A DNA stretch of 64,000 nt from a virus, in the IMG/VR virus record IMGVR_UViG_3300046782_000589, one strand, 5' to 3'. The notes under the pieces were generated by a model. That model was not told the DNA's origin. It did not search any database and was given only the letters and a program-made list of their open reading frames with translations. The translations under genes were made by a program, and so were the position numbers. Below, piece after piece: positions 21,101 to 30,925 of this stretch (positions within the stretch are counted from its first letter, which is position 1; each line of letters opens with the position of its first letter).

Positions 21101-24100
21101 CGCCAAGCAGGGCAGGAACAAGTACCTGGGCCTGTACTACTGGCAGCAGGATCTCATCTTCATCAACAACAGGTACCTGGACAACCCGAAGGTACTTGCG
21201 GACACCATATTCCACGAAGGTGTTCACGGCATCACGAGCCACGCCCTCGATAACCCCGAGGTCAAAGGGGCCGTCGATACGATCATGTCCGACGTCCAAA
21301 AAGCCAAGCCGGCGGTGCCGGTGGGAGACATCGGGAAGGTCCAATACGGATTCGAGAACGCGCACGAATTCGTCGCCGAGGCGTTTTCCAATCCCGCGTT
21401 CCAGCGGATGCTCAAAAATCACATCCTGTCACCAAATATTGCAAAACAATTACGCGAGAAATTCAACGCGCAAATGCCGATAAAATCGGCCTGGGACGCG
21501 ATGGTCCAGTCCGTCCGCAAGGTGCTGAAGCTGCCGGAAAGCGAGATGTCTGCGCTGGAAGCCGTCATGCGGGCGACCCAGCACGCGATGGCCGAGAACC
21601 CGAAGGCCAAGGCCGACTACATGGCCAGCCATGGATTCCAGACCCAGGACTACAGCACCGGCACGACCAAAGCCAAAGTCGAAGCGAGCAGACCCGAGGT
21701 CCAGGAGCGCCCGCTGGGCGACGAGCCGCGGGTCGACGCGGCCAGTGGCGCGGCGCCTCCGCCGCCAGAGAAGGAAGGCAGGGTCAGGGTCTACGGCGCT
21801 GGCGGCATGAAAATCTACACCGGCAAGGACGTGCACGCTGCCGCGGCTGCCGCCATGGCAGACGGCAATAGGCCTTCCACGATCCACAATTGGGACATGA
21901 CGCTCTACAAGCCGCCGAAGGCAGGTGAGCAAACCGGTGTGCAAACGCCAGCAAAGGGTGTGCAAACGCCGGCAACGCCCGCAACGCCTGCGGCCTCCGC
22001 GACGACGCTGCCGGCCGCACATGCCAAGGATCTGGCAAGCGGCATACTGTCCAGCATCCAGCGGATCTTCGCGCCGGAGTCGCGACCGTCAGGCAAGGCC
22101 GGGATGGACATCCTGCGCGAGGCGCGCGGTTCGGTCGAGCGGCTGTCGAAAACCCAGCAGGCGCGCTTCACCAATGAGATGCACTACGCCGTCAACAAGA
22201 TGTCTCCCTTGGACCAGCGCAAGCTGCTCAACTACATCCAGGGCGGTGAGCACCTCAAGACGCCGGGGCACGAGATCTACGACCCCAACTGGAAGCCGCC
22301 CAAGGAAGTCCAGCTGGTCGCCGACGAGGTCAAGAAGTCATTCGCGGCGATCGGCGATGCGCTGCACGAGCTGCCGCAGACCGAGAAGCTGAACCTGCTC
22401 AAGGACTATCTCACGCAGTACTGGGACAACCCCGCCAAGGCGCAGCAATTTTACGAAAACAGGTTCGGCGGGACCAGCACCGGCAGCCTGAAGGAGCGCA
22501 CGTTCCCCACTTACGAGGATGGCATCGCTGCCGGGCTGAAGCCGTTGACCACCAACCCGATCGAGATCCTCGGCCACTACCTTGGCGGGATGGAGCACTT
22601 CCTGACCAAGATGAAGATGATCAACGCGATCCAGGACCAGGGTCTGGGCAAGTGGTTCTCGCCCAAGGCGATCGGCGCAACCGGCGCCCCGGACCCGGCG
22701 ATCAAGGGTGCGCCACCGCCCGGCTATGTCGAACTGCCGTGGACGTCCCGCAACGTAGGCGGCAAGAACCAGACGCTTTACGTGCCGAAAGACATGGCCG
22801 TCGTGCTCAACAATTACCATTCCGCCGGGCTGAACGCGAACAAGTATGTCGGCGACGTCTACGAATACGGCCGCGCCATGAAGAACGCATGGACCGCGGC
22901 TGAACTTGGCTTCAGCGTGTACCACACGACCACGGTCGCGACGGAAGTGATCGGCAGCGGGTTCTCCCGCGCGGTCGCCCAGGTCAACACCAATCCTGTG
23001 CGGGCAGTTCAAACACTGATCCGCGCCATAACGGCGCCCGTGTCCGAGATCCCGTTCGGCCGGAAAATGACCGCCGTTTACGAGGGGCGCAAAACCGGCA
23101 CGCCGATGCAGCACCGGATCGCCGACGCGATGGAGAAGGCCGACATCCGTGTCGGCGTGGCTGGCACGCTCGACTACGACATGGGCAAGGCCGGCTCGCT
23201 GATGACGTCGTACCTACGCGGCACGCTGCGGAATGAATTGATGTCGGAGCTCAAGGACATCCGGGGTGGCAACTACGCTAAAGGGTTAATGCTCCCGATC
23301 GACGGAGCGCTGCGGGTCATGCGGACGATCATGCAGCCGATCTTCGAAAAGTGGATCCCGTGGATGAAGATGGCCAGTTCGGCGCGCGACCTGGAGGCTT
23401 GGCTGCACGCCAACCCGACTGCCACCGATGCCGAACTGGCGGCTGTCGCCAAGAAGATCACCCAGAGCACCGACAACCGCATGGGCGAGATGGTCACCGA
23501 TCATCTTGGAATGAACAAGGCCGTCAAGCAGACCTTGTTCACGCTGCTGCGCTCGTACAGCTTCTCGATCGGTGGTCCGTTCATGGAGATCGGCGGCGGC
23601 GCGAAGTCCCTCGCTGCCGGAATCATGAAGGGCGAAAACCGTCTCAGCATGAGCTCCAAGCAATACGACCCCAAGGTCAGCTACCTGATCGGCGGCACCG
23701 CGGCTGTCACCATGATCAGCCTGCTGTGGACCCTGATGCGAACCGGCGAGGGACCGAAGGACTGGCGCGACTTCGTCACCGCGCGCACCGGGGGCAGGAT
23801 CAAGGCCGCCGGCAAGGAGGTGGACGAGCGCGTGCTGACGCCGGGATACCAGAAGGACTTCCTCGGCTATACGTTCCACCCGAAGGACGAGATCAAAGCC
23901 AAGGTGGCGGGGATATGGTCGGCACTTTGGGAGCAGGCCACCGGCAAAGATTATCGCGACCTGCCAATCGCGCCGCCGGCCAGCCAGTACGGCTATGGGG
24001 AGAACATCAAGGGTCGCGCCCAACATTTTTTCGGGAAGATGATCCCGCTCAGCATGCAGCAGCAGATGGAAACGCCGAAGAAAGGGTCCGAGATAACACT

Positions 24101-24290
24101 CCCCGAAAAACTAATCGGCATTCGCGCGCCGGGTGCCTACCTGCAGAACCCCGAAGGCACGGAAAAGGCGATCGGCCGGCGGGATCTCAAAGATTGGAAG
24201 GCAAGGGAAAAGGCCGACAACCGGGACCGCGCCAATCGCGGCCTGCCGCCCAAGCCTTCGCTGAAACCACTCCCGAAACCTGCGCCATGA
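18129..24290 (+). CDS. Very large putative ejection/polyvalent protein with HExxH metallopeptidase-like segment
   Basis: About 2050 aa; TIFHEGVHG and HEFVAEAFSNPAFQ motifs; last large gene of the virion operon. Confidence 0.7.
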   Translation: MAYDDEDPEVENQDTENQDVETPAPVQVAEATEPPPPQQYAAVAKTAPPAGDDWEPYPAAPAAPAAPAASARTAPPAATAAGGDDWEPYVQPGEATLAGGLDVARKGFLQPLIEGAGQVVSQASIVSPNPYNQLQPADEPDPDPNKAAFSVPSGRGPLAGERASAQRQQAAASAAAQARIEEERKVPFKDRWAAGVGEKIKGAAPVVTPQEAATYPKTVAVTNVLGGGAGAVLAATAGSAIAGPIGGMAAGAAYMGAQSRGAEYDRASAAIDARIAYAQRAGDTATAQRLAANKEDEAAKAANMSTVVNTAIGAAPIGMILKPIQNMAPGAVGRLWAILDHSWKGSVTFGSAAELQEYLGAQMAKAYDPKAHYDFDYKRLLANLAGGLIFSAFGGATQRRPPAAPAPPAPPEPAPTQPGVKNQAWTGPPADIPPAVPPAQGQLPFPSTDRPYNILETNRAPPQEAQIGGGEPQLGLPLEGAHQPEPGRPPSQGNKWTGPPAAPLPDRPSPPPQPRQGELALEPPSTVNTQGQLGFGVEAPRGGGIPRTTLQDGRWVTEATSRSAMPDTGGVAKEAVPPPRAPPPEPPPVPPGEPPAPGTPGAAAHAVGTMERAAWERQQAALPAPAAPVEPPPQAPPDPWGWQGPHSAVTEAAKQRELGVTPQAAAGINVMQPGQVDPTLQHAAAYPAPERTTFEPPRPPDGTNVPGKWAPLPTDRSLVPRPAEGTQGVTEPPVPTNHTRMYQGERHPPNTFTTDRATAERYGAVKAVDVHNRQGMPFFTPSNEPGTFTTRNNIYRTRSRPVEELRTEPAARTAEVPTPEVKPPEVKPPEVKPPEPEQPPLPGIKVAGPELEQKLKTMTPEAEVPYEQVKKALVAAGYDKDTVNNMDEGLARAWWKLQQIKENPPVTPPPKPALATPAAESTTGKNKEVVYFKPSLGTERKARFTEKLTLKQALKRHGVAEGLMGFTPKLRRMMEKMIGNMPVYFLPNSEFAKQGRNKYLGLYYWQQDLIFINNRYLDNPKVLADTIFHEGVHGITSHALDNPEVKGAVDTIMSDVQKAKPAVPVGDIGKVQYGFENAHEFVAEAFSNPAFQRMLKNHILSPNIAKQLREKFNAQMPIKSAWDAMVQSVRKVLKLPESEMSALEAVMRATQHAMAENPKAKADYMASHGFQTQDYSTGTTKAKVEASRPEVQERPLGDEPRVDAASGAAPPPPEKEGRVRVYGAGGMKIYTGKDVHAAAAAAMADGNRPSTIHNWDMTLYKPPKAGEQTGVQTPAKGVQTPATPATPAASATTLPAAHAKDLASGILSSIQRIFAPESRPSGKAGMDILREARGSVERLSKTQQARFTNEMHYAVNKMSPLDQRKLLNYIQGGEHLKTPGHEIYDPNWKPPKEVQLVADEVKKSFAAIGDALHELPQTEKLNLLKDYLTQYWDNPAKAQQFYENRFGGTSTGSLKERTFPTYEDGIAAGLKPLTTNPIEILGHYLGGMEHFLTKMKMINAIQDQGLGKWFSPKAIGATGAPDPAIKGAPPPGYVELPWTSRNVGGKNQTLYVPKDMAVVLNNYHSAGLNANKYVGDVYEYGRAMKNAWTAAELGFSVYHTTTVATEVIGSGFSRAVAQVNTNPVRAVQTLIRAITAPVSEIPFGRKMTAVYEGRKTGTPMQHRIADAMEKADIRVGVAGTLDYDMGKAGSLMTSYLRGTLRNELMSELKDIRGGNYAKGLMLPIDGALRVMRTIMQPIFEKWIPWMKMASSARDLEAWLHANPTATDAELAAVAKKITQSTDNRMGEMVTDHLGMNKAVKQTLFTLLRSYSFSIGGPFMEIGGGAKSLAAGIMKGENRLSMSSKQYDPKVSYLIGGTAAVTMISLLWTLMRTGEGPKDWRDFVTARTGGRIKAAGKEVDERVLTPGYQKDFLGYTFHPKDEIKAKVAGIWSALWEQATGKDYRDLPIAPPASQYGYGENIKGRAQHFFGKMIPLSMQQQMETPKKGSEITLPEKLIGIRAPGAYLQNPEGTEKAIGRRDLKDWKAREKADNRDRANRGLPPKPSLKPLPKPAP

Positions 24291-24324
24291 GGTAGCGAGT
24301 GGAAGAAAGTAGGAGCGAGTTCAA

Positions 24325-24480
24325 ATGCCATTGGAAAAGACCGCCTCGCGCGCCGCGATCGGCCGCAACATCAAGACCGAGATCGCGGCCGGCAAGCCGC
24401 GCAAGCAGGCCGTGGCGATCGCGCTCGACGTCGCGCGCCGCGCTGGCGCCAAGATCCCGAAGAAGAAAGGAACCAAGTAA
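24325..24480 (+). CDS. Small basic phage protein (51 aa)
   Basis: AGGAG RBS; MPLEKTASRAAIGRNIKTEIAAGKPRKQAVAIAL matches a common uncultured-phage family pattern. Not called in the ORF track. Confidence 0.7.
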   Translation: MPLEKTASRAAIGRNIKTEIAAGKPRKQAVAIALDVARRAGAKIPKKKGTK

Positions 24481-24481
24481 G

Positions 24482-24697
24482 ATGGCCATGAAATACAGCA
24501 AGGGCCTTGGCCCGGTCACTGCCGAATACGCCAAGGGCGGCCCGGAGTTCTCGACCCGCTCGAAATTCATGAAGACGCCGGACGTATTCCGTACCTCGAT
24601 CGAGGAGCAGGACTACGGGAAGAAAGGCAAGGGCGGCACGCTGTCCAAGACCGAGGGGGAGACAAAGAAGCTGCCGGCAATCAAGCCCCGCTCATGA
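24482..24697 (+). CDS. Small hypothetical protein with YAKGG motif
   Basis: Start directly after the previous stop; 71 aa. Confidence 0.65.
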   Translation: MAMKYSKGLGPVTAEYAKGGPEFSTRSKFMKTPDVFRTSIEEQDYGKKGKGGTLSKTEGETKKLPAIKPRS

Positions 24698-27628
24698 CTT
24701 GGATGGTCCCTGGGCCTGGACCAGATCGGTCAGGACGTGCGGGCGCCCCTCCGGGACGTGAATTTCGAAGCACACCTCCTGCGTCTGCGCGTACACGGTG
24801 CCGGCGCCCAGCGTGTGGCGGATCTCCCGGGCCTTGAAATACTTGACCAGCCCGTTGAACACCTGGCGTGCCTGGATCTCCTTCTTGTGCAGGTAGTCGC
24901 GCATCTCCCGCCGGGAGAAGATGACCAGCCGCTGGTCGCGCGAGATCTGCACCACGATCGGGTGCCCCGGGGTGGGTGAGCGGATCGCCTCGATCGGTTT
25001 GTGCCGGTTGGTAAACAGCCGGTCGACGTGGATCATGCTGCCCGAGCCGACGTAGAAGTTCAGGAACGCCGTCAGGGCGTGTTCGGTGTTGGCGTAGGAA
25101 CCGCCCTCGGTGCCCTCGGCGCCGCGGATCGCGCGATTGTAGTGGAAGGCGCTCTGCAGGAACTCATCCATGGCGGCAAGGTCGATCTCGGCCCCCAGCC
25201 GGCAGGCGAGCTCCGCGCCCGCGAGCAGCACGCCACAGGTGCCCCACCAGTAGGCCTCGTCGCCGGTCCCTCCGACCTTCTCGCAGAACTCCTTGAGGAT
25301 CACGGCGACCCGCAGGTCGATGTCCTTGTGCTCGTTCGCCAGCAGCCGGGCGTACTCGGCGCCGATCGCGCCGTAGTTCCGCTCCAGCGCGGCGAACACC
25401 CGGCCGGCCTCGGTGGCGTTGACCATCCCAGGCTCGTTCTCCTGCCTGTTGAACTCGATCTCGAACACGCGGCGCATGCCGGCAGTGGTGCTCTTCTGCT
25501 TGCGCGTCAGGTACTCGACGAACGAGGCGTTGGAGCAGGCGACCAGCAGCGTCTGCCACTCCAGCCGCTCCTTCATGCTGGCGTCGGTGTTGAGCCGGCC
25601 GCCCTCCGCTCCCTGCGTGGCGACGAACATGGTCTGGAACAGCGCGTCCTGGTGCCGCTCGTCCTGGATGTCGTCCCAGTAGGCGGCAAGGTTGCGGCAA
25701 CGCCCCAGCCGGCCCTGCACCGACTTGGGCGTCGAGTTGAGCGACTCGCGGGTCTGCTTGGGGTGCCCCCAGATCGCAGCCGCCACCTGCTGCGCGGTCG
25801 ACTTGGCGGTCCCCGGCTCGCCCCACACGCTGATGATCGCACCGTAGAGCGTGCCGGCGAACGTCATCAGGGGGGCGGCAAATCCGATTGCGATGATGAC
25901 GTCCAGCTCCGGCCGCCGGCGATCGGTCAGGAGCTTGCAGGCGTCCAGCCACGCCTCGCGCTTGCCGATCGGGGTGTACCACGAGCGGAAGTCGTTGTCG
26001 GTCGAGGCGATCAGCGGAACGTCCCGGCCGTCCTCGTGATAGAGCGTGCTGCCATAGACGAAGCCGACCCGCTCGCTCTTGTCGTAGCGCCAGCCCATGG
26101 TGCCCGAGTCGCGGATCGCGGTGTCCGCCTTCAAGAGCTTGTCGAGCCAGGACACCATGAACTTCTCGGCCATGTCGCGGACTCCCTTCTCGGTGTTGGG
26201 CAGCACGCACTTCTCGGCCAGGTGCTTGAACAGGCCCATCTCCTTCAGCACGTTGCCGGTGTGCAGGAACACCTCGGCGGTGCCGTGCCGGTCGGTATTG
26301 GCAATGAAGCCAAGGCCGAACTTGCCGGTCTGGAACTGGAGCGAGGGCTCCTTGATCACGGTCAGCCACAACAGCACCAGCCGCGCCGGCTGGAAGCCCT
26401 TCGTCGTCTTCCGGGCACGCTGGATGGCACAGATGCGCCCCGACTCGTCGAGGCAGTAGCCGGGCGGGAGCCGCATGTCCGACGGGCGGGTGCCGCCCAG
26501 CTCCTCCAGTTCCTTGTCGACCGGGTTGGCGTAAGCCTCGAAACCGATGTTGACCGGCGACTTGTTTTTTGGAAGGTGTGGACATGTGGCGCAGTGGGCG
26601 CTGCCGAGGCCAGCAATGGTTTGACAGCGCGGCCAACCGATGTTGCGTTCCTTGCGTTCGCGATTCTTTCGCTCCCACAGCTCATCGGTCTTTTCCGGAT
26701 CATAGCCTTCGTGCTGGTTGCCGAACTTGTGCGCGAGCGCGTGGCCATCCTTCAGGAAGGTCGCGATCAGGGTGGTGAGATTCCATTGCGGATTGTCGAA
26801 ATTCTTGCCGCCGGTATTGTGGGCCTCACGTAACCAAGCGCATTCGGCCAGGATCGGCTCGACTGCGAGCGGCGGGACGTCCTTGTACATGCTGTCAAGG
26901 AGCGGCTCGACCGGCAGATGGCGGAACGCCGGGGCGATTTCAATGTGCGGTATTCGGCTGCGTGCGCTACCAGACGTTGCTGGCTGGCCCAAAATTTTTT
27001 TAAGCGAATCGGCAAAATCGATCTTCTCGGCGGTGCAGTATTTCTGCAGCAGGCGCACCGGGCGCGGCGTGTTCGGGATCTTCCAGTTGAACGTGTCCGG
27101 CACGCGCAGCACGCGGGCGGCATCCCCGGTGCAGGCGGCGTCGAACTTCAAGCCATATGCCTTGGCGGCGTTCTTGAGCCCGTTGGCGTAGGGCTGCCAC
27201 TCGTCAACCGTCAGGTTGCGGTTGGAGATCCAGTAGGCGTGCAGGCCGCCGCCGGAGAACACGATCAGCGATGGCCGTGGAATGCCGGTGTGATCGCAGA
27301 ACAGGAAAAGCGACGACAGGGCATCCGGCATCGACTGGTAGTGATTGGGACTGCCCGGCTTGATGTCGAGGTCGATCGGGATGCACACCAGCCAGATGGC
27401 GTGCTCCCGATCGCGCTGACCGCTGTTAAGCTTTTGGCGCGAGATGCAGAAGTAGATATTGTCCTGGGTCGTGGCAACAAGATTGGCCACGAGCGCCAGT
27501 GCGGCATCGACCGTCTGGCAGGACCGCCCGCGAAACGCCTTGGTTTCCGGGCGGTGCCAGTGGATCGTGATGTAGCCCTCGTCAACATCCCACGGGACTA
27601 CGTGTTGCAGGAACTCTTTTGCATCCAC
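24692..27628 (-). CDS. Primase-helicase (AEP-like N-terminus, DUF927-like and P-loop domains)
   Basis: FSGGGLHAYW and DAARVLRVP primase motifs; Walker A GEPGTAKST. Confidence 0.85.
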   Translation of the reverse strand: MDAKEFLQHVVPWDVDEGYITIHWHRPETKAFRGRSCQTVDAALALVANLVATTQDNIYFCISRQKLNSGQRDREHAIWLVCIPIDLDIKPGSPNHYQSMPDALSSLFLFCDHTGIPRPSLIVFSGGGLHAYWISNRNLTVDEWQPYANGLKNAAKAYGLKFDAACTGDAARVLRVPDTFNWKIPNTPRPVRLLQKYCTAEKIDFADSLKKILGQPATSGSARSRIPHIEIAPAFRHLPVEPLLDSMYKDVPPLAVEPILAECAWLREAHNTGGKNFDNPQWNLTTLIATFLKDGHALAHKFGNQHEGYDPEKTDELWERKNRERKERNIGWPRCQTIAGLGSAHCATCPHLPKNKSPVNIGFEAYANPVDKELEELGGTRPSDMRLPPGYCLDESGRICAIQRARKTTKGFQPARLVLLWLTVIKEPSLQFQTGKFGLGFIANTDRHGTAEVFLHTGNVLKEMGLFKHLAEKCVLPNTEKGVRDMAEKFMVSWLDKLLKADTAIRDSGTMGWRYDKSERVGFVYGSTLYHEDGRDVPLIASTDNDFRSWYTPIGKREAWLDACKLLTDRRRPELDVIIAIGFAAPLMTFAGTLYGAIISVWGEPGTAKSTAQQVAAAIWGHPKQTRESLNSTPKSVQGRLGRCRNLAAYWDDIQDERHQDALFQTMFVATQGAEGGRLNTDASMKERLEWQTLLVACSNASFVEYLTRKQKSTTAGMRRVFEIEFNRQENEPGMVNATEAGRVFAALERNYGAIGAEYARLLANEHKDIDLRVAVILKEFCEKVGGTGDEAYWWGTCGVLLAGAELACRLGAEIDLAAMDEFLQSAFHYNRAIRGAEGTEGGSYANTEHALTAFLNFYVGSGSMIHVDRLFTNRHKPIEAIRSPTPGHPIVVQISRDQRLVIFSRREMRDYLHKKEIQARQVFNGLVKYFKAREIRHTLGAGTVYAQTQEVCFEIHVPEGRPHVLTDLVQAQGPSKS

Positions 27629-27636
27629 GTATCACG

Positions 27637-28680
27637 TCACTTGAGCATGTTGTTCAGCTTGTCACCCATCAGCTTCAGCATGGCATTGTCGAGGTCCGTG
27701 TCACTCTCCTCCCACGGCTCTCCTGCCGGTTCAGCTGTGTCGGCAGCCTGCGGCGGTGGCTGCGGGGCCGGTTCGTTGTCGATGATCTGCGCTGCCGCCT
27801 GCGCTGCCTTGGGCGGTCGCCCGCGCCCCCGGGGGGTAGTCTGCTGGGGAGCAGCCTGCCTGGGAGTCGGCTTCGAATTAGGTGCATCAACCTCGTCAAA
27901 CGCCTCCATCAGGCCGGTTTCGACCCGCTCCGGGGCCTTCTTCTCCGGCGCCGGCAGCTCGCGCATGCCGGACACGCTGCCGCCATTGATGATCGCCAGC
28001 GTCTGCGCGTCATCCATCATCGGCAGCACGCGCGGGGCCTCCTTGTCGGTCAACGCCTGGATGACCTCGAAATTGAACTCGAACGTCTGGTCCTGCGAGA
28101 ACGACACCCGTGTCACCACCGCGGCGGACGGGATACCCTCGTGCTGCAGCTCGTTCGAGAACTTCAGCAATGACCTGAGCGAGCCGGGCGGGATCTTGAG
28201 GTAGACCGGCTCCATCAACGGCGTGCCCAGCATCTTCTTGGTCATCGACGGCATCAGCAGGACCGCCATGCGCTTGTGGTCCTGGCACTCCTTGCCGCGC
28301 CGGCCGTTCGGCTTGGTGATCCACTCGTTGTGCGGGCAGATGGCGCACGTCTTGGACTGCGGGATGGACACGCCGGGGTCCGGCACGTCCCCCTTCAGCG
28401 AGGCACAAATTGGCCCGCTGGCGTTGTCCTCGTTCCACTCGCCGAAATAGACCTTCGACACGACGTCGTTGGTCCCCAGGATGATCAGGTCGAGGTAGGT
28501 GAGCGGCGAGCCGTCATCGTCGCGCTTGAACGGGTAGAGCTTGCCGCCGTGCTGCAGGGCGAGGATCTTGCCCTTGTAGCGGATCGACGAGAAGCCGGCG
28601 GTGACGCCGCCGGCCAGCCCCTTGTTTGGGTCGAGATGCTTGAAGGCGTTGGCAACCTTGAACCTGGACATGTCGGTCAT
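27637..28680 (-). CDS. Putative ssDNA-binding/recombination protein
   Basis: Cys cluster (CASLKG...CAICPHN...CQ) and acidic C-terminal tail; position in the replication module. Confidence 0.55.
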   Translation of the reverse strand: MTDMSRFKVANAFKHLDPNKGLAGGVTAGFSSIRYKGKILALQHGGKLYPFKRDDDGSPLTYLDLIILGTNDVVSKVYFGEWNEDNASGPICASLKGDVPDPGVSIPQSKTCAICPHNEWITKPNGRRGKECQDHKRMAVLLMPSMTKKMLGTPLMEPVYLKIPPGSLRSLLKFSNELQHEGIPSAAVVTRVSFSQDQTFEFNFEVIQALTDKEAPRVLPMMDDAQTLAIINGGSVSGMRELPAPEKKAPERVETGLMEAFDEVDAPNSKPTPRQAAPQQTTPRGRGRPPKAAQAAAQIIDNEPAPQPPPQAADTAEPAGEPWEESDTDLDNAMLKLMGDKLNNMLK

Positions 28681-29102
28681 GGGCGGGTGACTCCTACAGA
28701 GCGTTTGGTTGTGAGCTTGACGCCGGGCGGCAGGACACCGTCGTGCTCGTTGGCGTAGTCCTTGCACGCGGTCGCGTTCGCCCGCCGGTCGATCAGATCG
28801 CGCAGGCCGTGCTCGAACACGAAATCCATGAACCGGTCAGGATCGCTGCAGGAAGCGTAATCCTTGACCTGGAGGGTGACCCTGCCATTGGCCGTCACCG
28901 CGCTTTTTTGGCCAGTGTGCTCCAGGAAGGCGAGCATCTCGCCGACCAGCTTGTCCTTGAGATCGTTATAAGGCGCAACCTGCTCCTTGAACGCCCGCTC
29001 CATCTGCTCGATCTCGTCGCGCACCATGATGAACTGGGCCACGCGCTTGTCGATTCGCCCATTGGAGACGGGCGGTGGATCTACTGTTTTAGATTTCGGC
29101 AT
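28677..29102 (-). CDS. Conserved phage replication-module protein
   Basis: 141 aa; coiled-coil N-terminus and C-terminal LPPGVKL motif. Confidence 0.6.
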   Translation of the reverse strand: MPKSKTVDPPPVSNGRIDKRVAQFIMVRDEIEQMERAFKEQVAPYNDLKDKLVGEMLAFLEHTGQKSAVTANGRVTLQVKDYASCSDPDRFMDFVFEHGLRDLIDRRANATACKDYANEHDGVLPPGVKLTTKRSVGVTRP

Positions 29103-30663
29103 ATTCAGATTCTCCGTTGGTCATTGACGTCTTGATCATTTCCAGAAACGCATCTTGTGTACGCTGCTTGTTCCGCAGCATTTGATAGACTTTACGTTCT
29201 ATCTGACTCGATTGCAGATGTAAAAATAATTGTTTGTGTTTTTGTCCAACCCTCCTGATTCTTGCGTTGGCCTGCTCGTAAATATCCAGACTGGCAACAG
29301 GCGAGTACCAGATGATGGTGGTAGCGGCGGTGAGGGTCAGGCCGTGATGCACGCATTGCGGATGCGCGAGCAGAACTTTGTACTGCGTTGTATTCTGGAA
29401 CGCATTAAAAATCGTCTCGCGCTTGCCGACATCACCGTGGACAACAGCGTGGTCGATCGGTTCCTTCTGGTCGAGCATGAATTTGCTCAAACCCTCGATT
29501 AAATGCCGCCAGGGAGCGAACACGATCACCTTGTGCTGGGCCTCGTCGAGCAGTTCCAACAACATCTGCTGCCGCGGCTCGGAGTCCAACACCACATGTA
29601 GCGGGTTGCTGGTGTAGACATAGCCGGCACCGACCTGCAGCAGCTTGCCCATCGCAACACCGGCGTTCGCTGCCGTAATCACCTTGTTCTGCACCATGGC
29701 GGCAAACTCGTTGGAGAGCTTGCGGTAGGTCGTTGCCTGCTCGACCGTCATGTCGATATCGATGGTGCGATGGATCGCCTCCGGCAGCTCGACCACGTCG
29801 TCAAGCGAGTAGCGCACCGAGGGCTGCATCCAGTTGAGCGCCGTGTCGATCGCGTTCGCCTTGGGAACCCACTTGTACGGGGACACCTGGACCATGAGCA
29901 GGGTCTGGGCGTGACGGAAGTATTTCGGAATGGTCGAGGGGGTGAGGATCTTGCACTGGTTGAACACGTCGGTCGGGGCGTTCGGCATCGGCCTGCCGGT
30001 CAGGCCCCACACCCAGGTGAAGCGCGGAGCAAAACCCTGCATCCGCTTGCTGCGCAGCGAATTGTTGCGATAAACCGCAAGCTCATCGATGATCATGGTG
30101 TCGATGTCCTTGCGGGCGTAAAGCTCCGTAACGATCGACTTCACGCCGTCATGGTTGATGATGTAGACGTCGTAGTCGCCGGCAAGCAGCTTGAGCCGCT
30201 GCTCGCGGCTGCCGTGCAGGACCGCCGCCTTGATCTCCGGCATGGTGACGCGAAGCTCGCGCATCCAGACGAACTTCATGGTCGAGAGCGGACATATCAC
30301 AAGCAACTTTTTGGCCGCGCCGACATTATGGAGGTACCGCCACGACCAGATCGCCGCCTTGGTCTTGCCAGTGCCCATGTCGTTCAGGATGTAGCCGCGC
30401 CGATGCGACGTCGCCAAAGACGCAGTGTTTCGCTGGACCTGAAACGGCATGTTGCCGTCACTGGAGGCCCAGTCGTAATGAAACAGGACGGGTGCTGGCA
30501 CTTCTATCCCGGCACCGCGGAGCTGCATCTGGGTGCGTGGAGTGTGCGGCAGGATGGCGAAGGTTTCGCCGTGGTGCTCGACGGTTTTGACACCGTTGAC
30601 CAGCGCCTCAAGCTTGGCGGTGTAGGGGACGAGTAGCAGGCCAGTCGCTTTCGATATGATCAT
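29089..30663 (-). CDS. SNF2-like DNA helicase
   Basis: NDMGTGKT (Walker A), IIDE (Walker B), LTGRP, HGLTLTAA, QANARIRRVGQ. Confidence 0.9.
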   Translation of the reverse strand: MIISKATGLLLVPYTAKLEALVNGVKTVEHHGETFAILPHTPRTQMQLRGAGIEVPAPVLFHYDWASSDGNMPFQVQRNTASLATSHRRGYILNDMGTGKTKAAIWSWRYLHNVGAAKKLLVICPLSTMKFVWMRELRVTMPEIKAAVLHGSREQRLKLLAGDYDVYIINHDGVKSIVTELYARKDIDTMIIDELAVYRNNSLRSKRMQGFAPRFTWVWGLTGRPMPNAPTDVFNQCKILTPSTIPKYFRHAQTLLMVQVSPYKWVPKANAIDTALNWMQPSVRYSLDDVVELPEAIHRTIDIDMTVEQATTYRKLSNEFAAMVQNKVITAANAGVAMGKLLQVGAGYVYTSNPLHVVLDSEPRQQMLLELLDEAQHKVIVFAPWRHLIEGLSKFMLDQKEPIDHAVVHGDVGKRETIFNAFQNTTQYKVLLAHPQCVHHGLTLTAATTIIWYSPVASLDIYEQANARIRRVGQKHKQLFLHLQSSQIERKVYQMLRNKQRTQDAFLEMIKTSMTNGESEYAEI

Positions 30664-30925
30664 TGAAGAGTGCATTCGCTTTTTCCAGACTATCGACAAC
30701 GACTGTCACGCCCCCGGCCGCACGGATCTTCTGCGCAGTGATGTCCTGCAGCAGGGTTGGCTTCTCGCCGGGTCGCTTGCATTCGATCGCGAAGTAAAGG
30801 CCACGATAGCAACCGATGCAGTCGAGCGTCCGTTCGCCCATCCCCATCTGCACCGGCCAGTGCTGGTACGCCCCCAGCTCAGTGAGGCGCTTCTTCACCG
30901 CCGCCTTTACGGTTTTCTCCAGCAT
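30608..30925 (-). CDS. VRR-NUC domain nuclease
   Basis: LEKTVK...DCIGCYRGLYFAIECKRPGEKPT.LQ pattern. Confidence 0.85.
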   Translation of the reverse strand: MLEKTVKAAVKKRLTELGAYQHWPVQMGMGERTLDCIGCYRGLYFAIECKRPGEKPTLLQDITAQKIRAAGGVTVVVDSLEKANALFNDHIESDWPATRPLHRQA

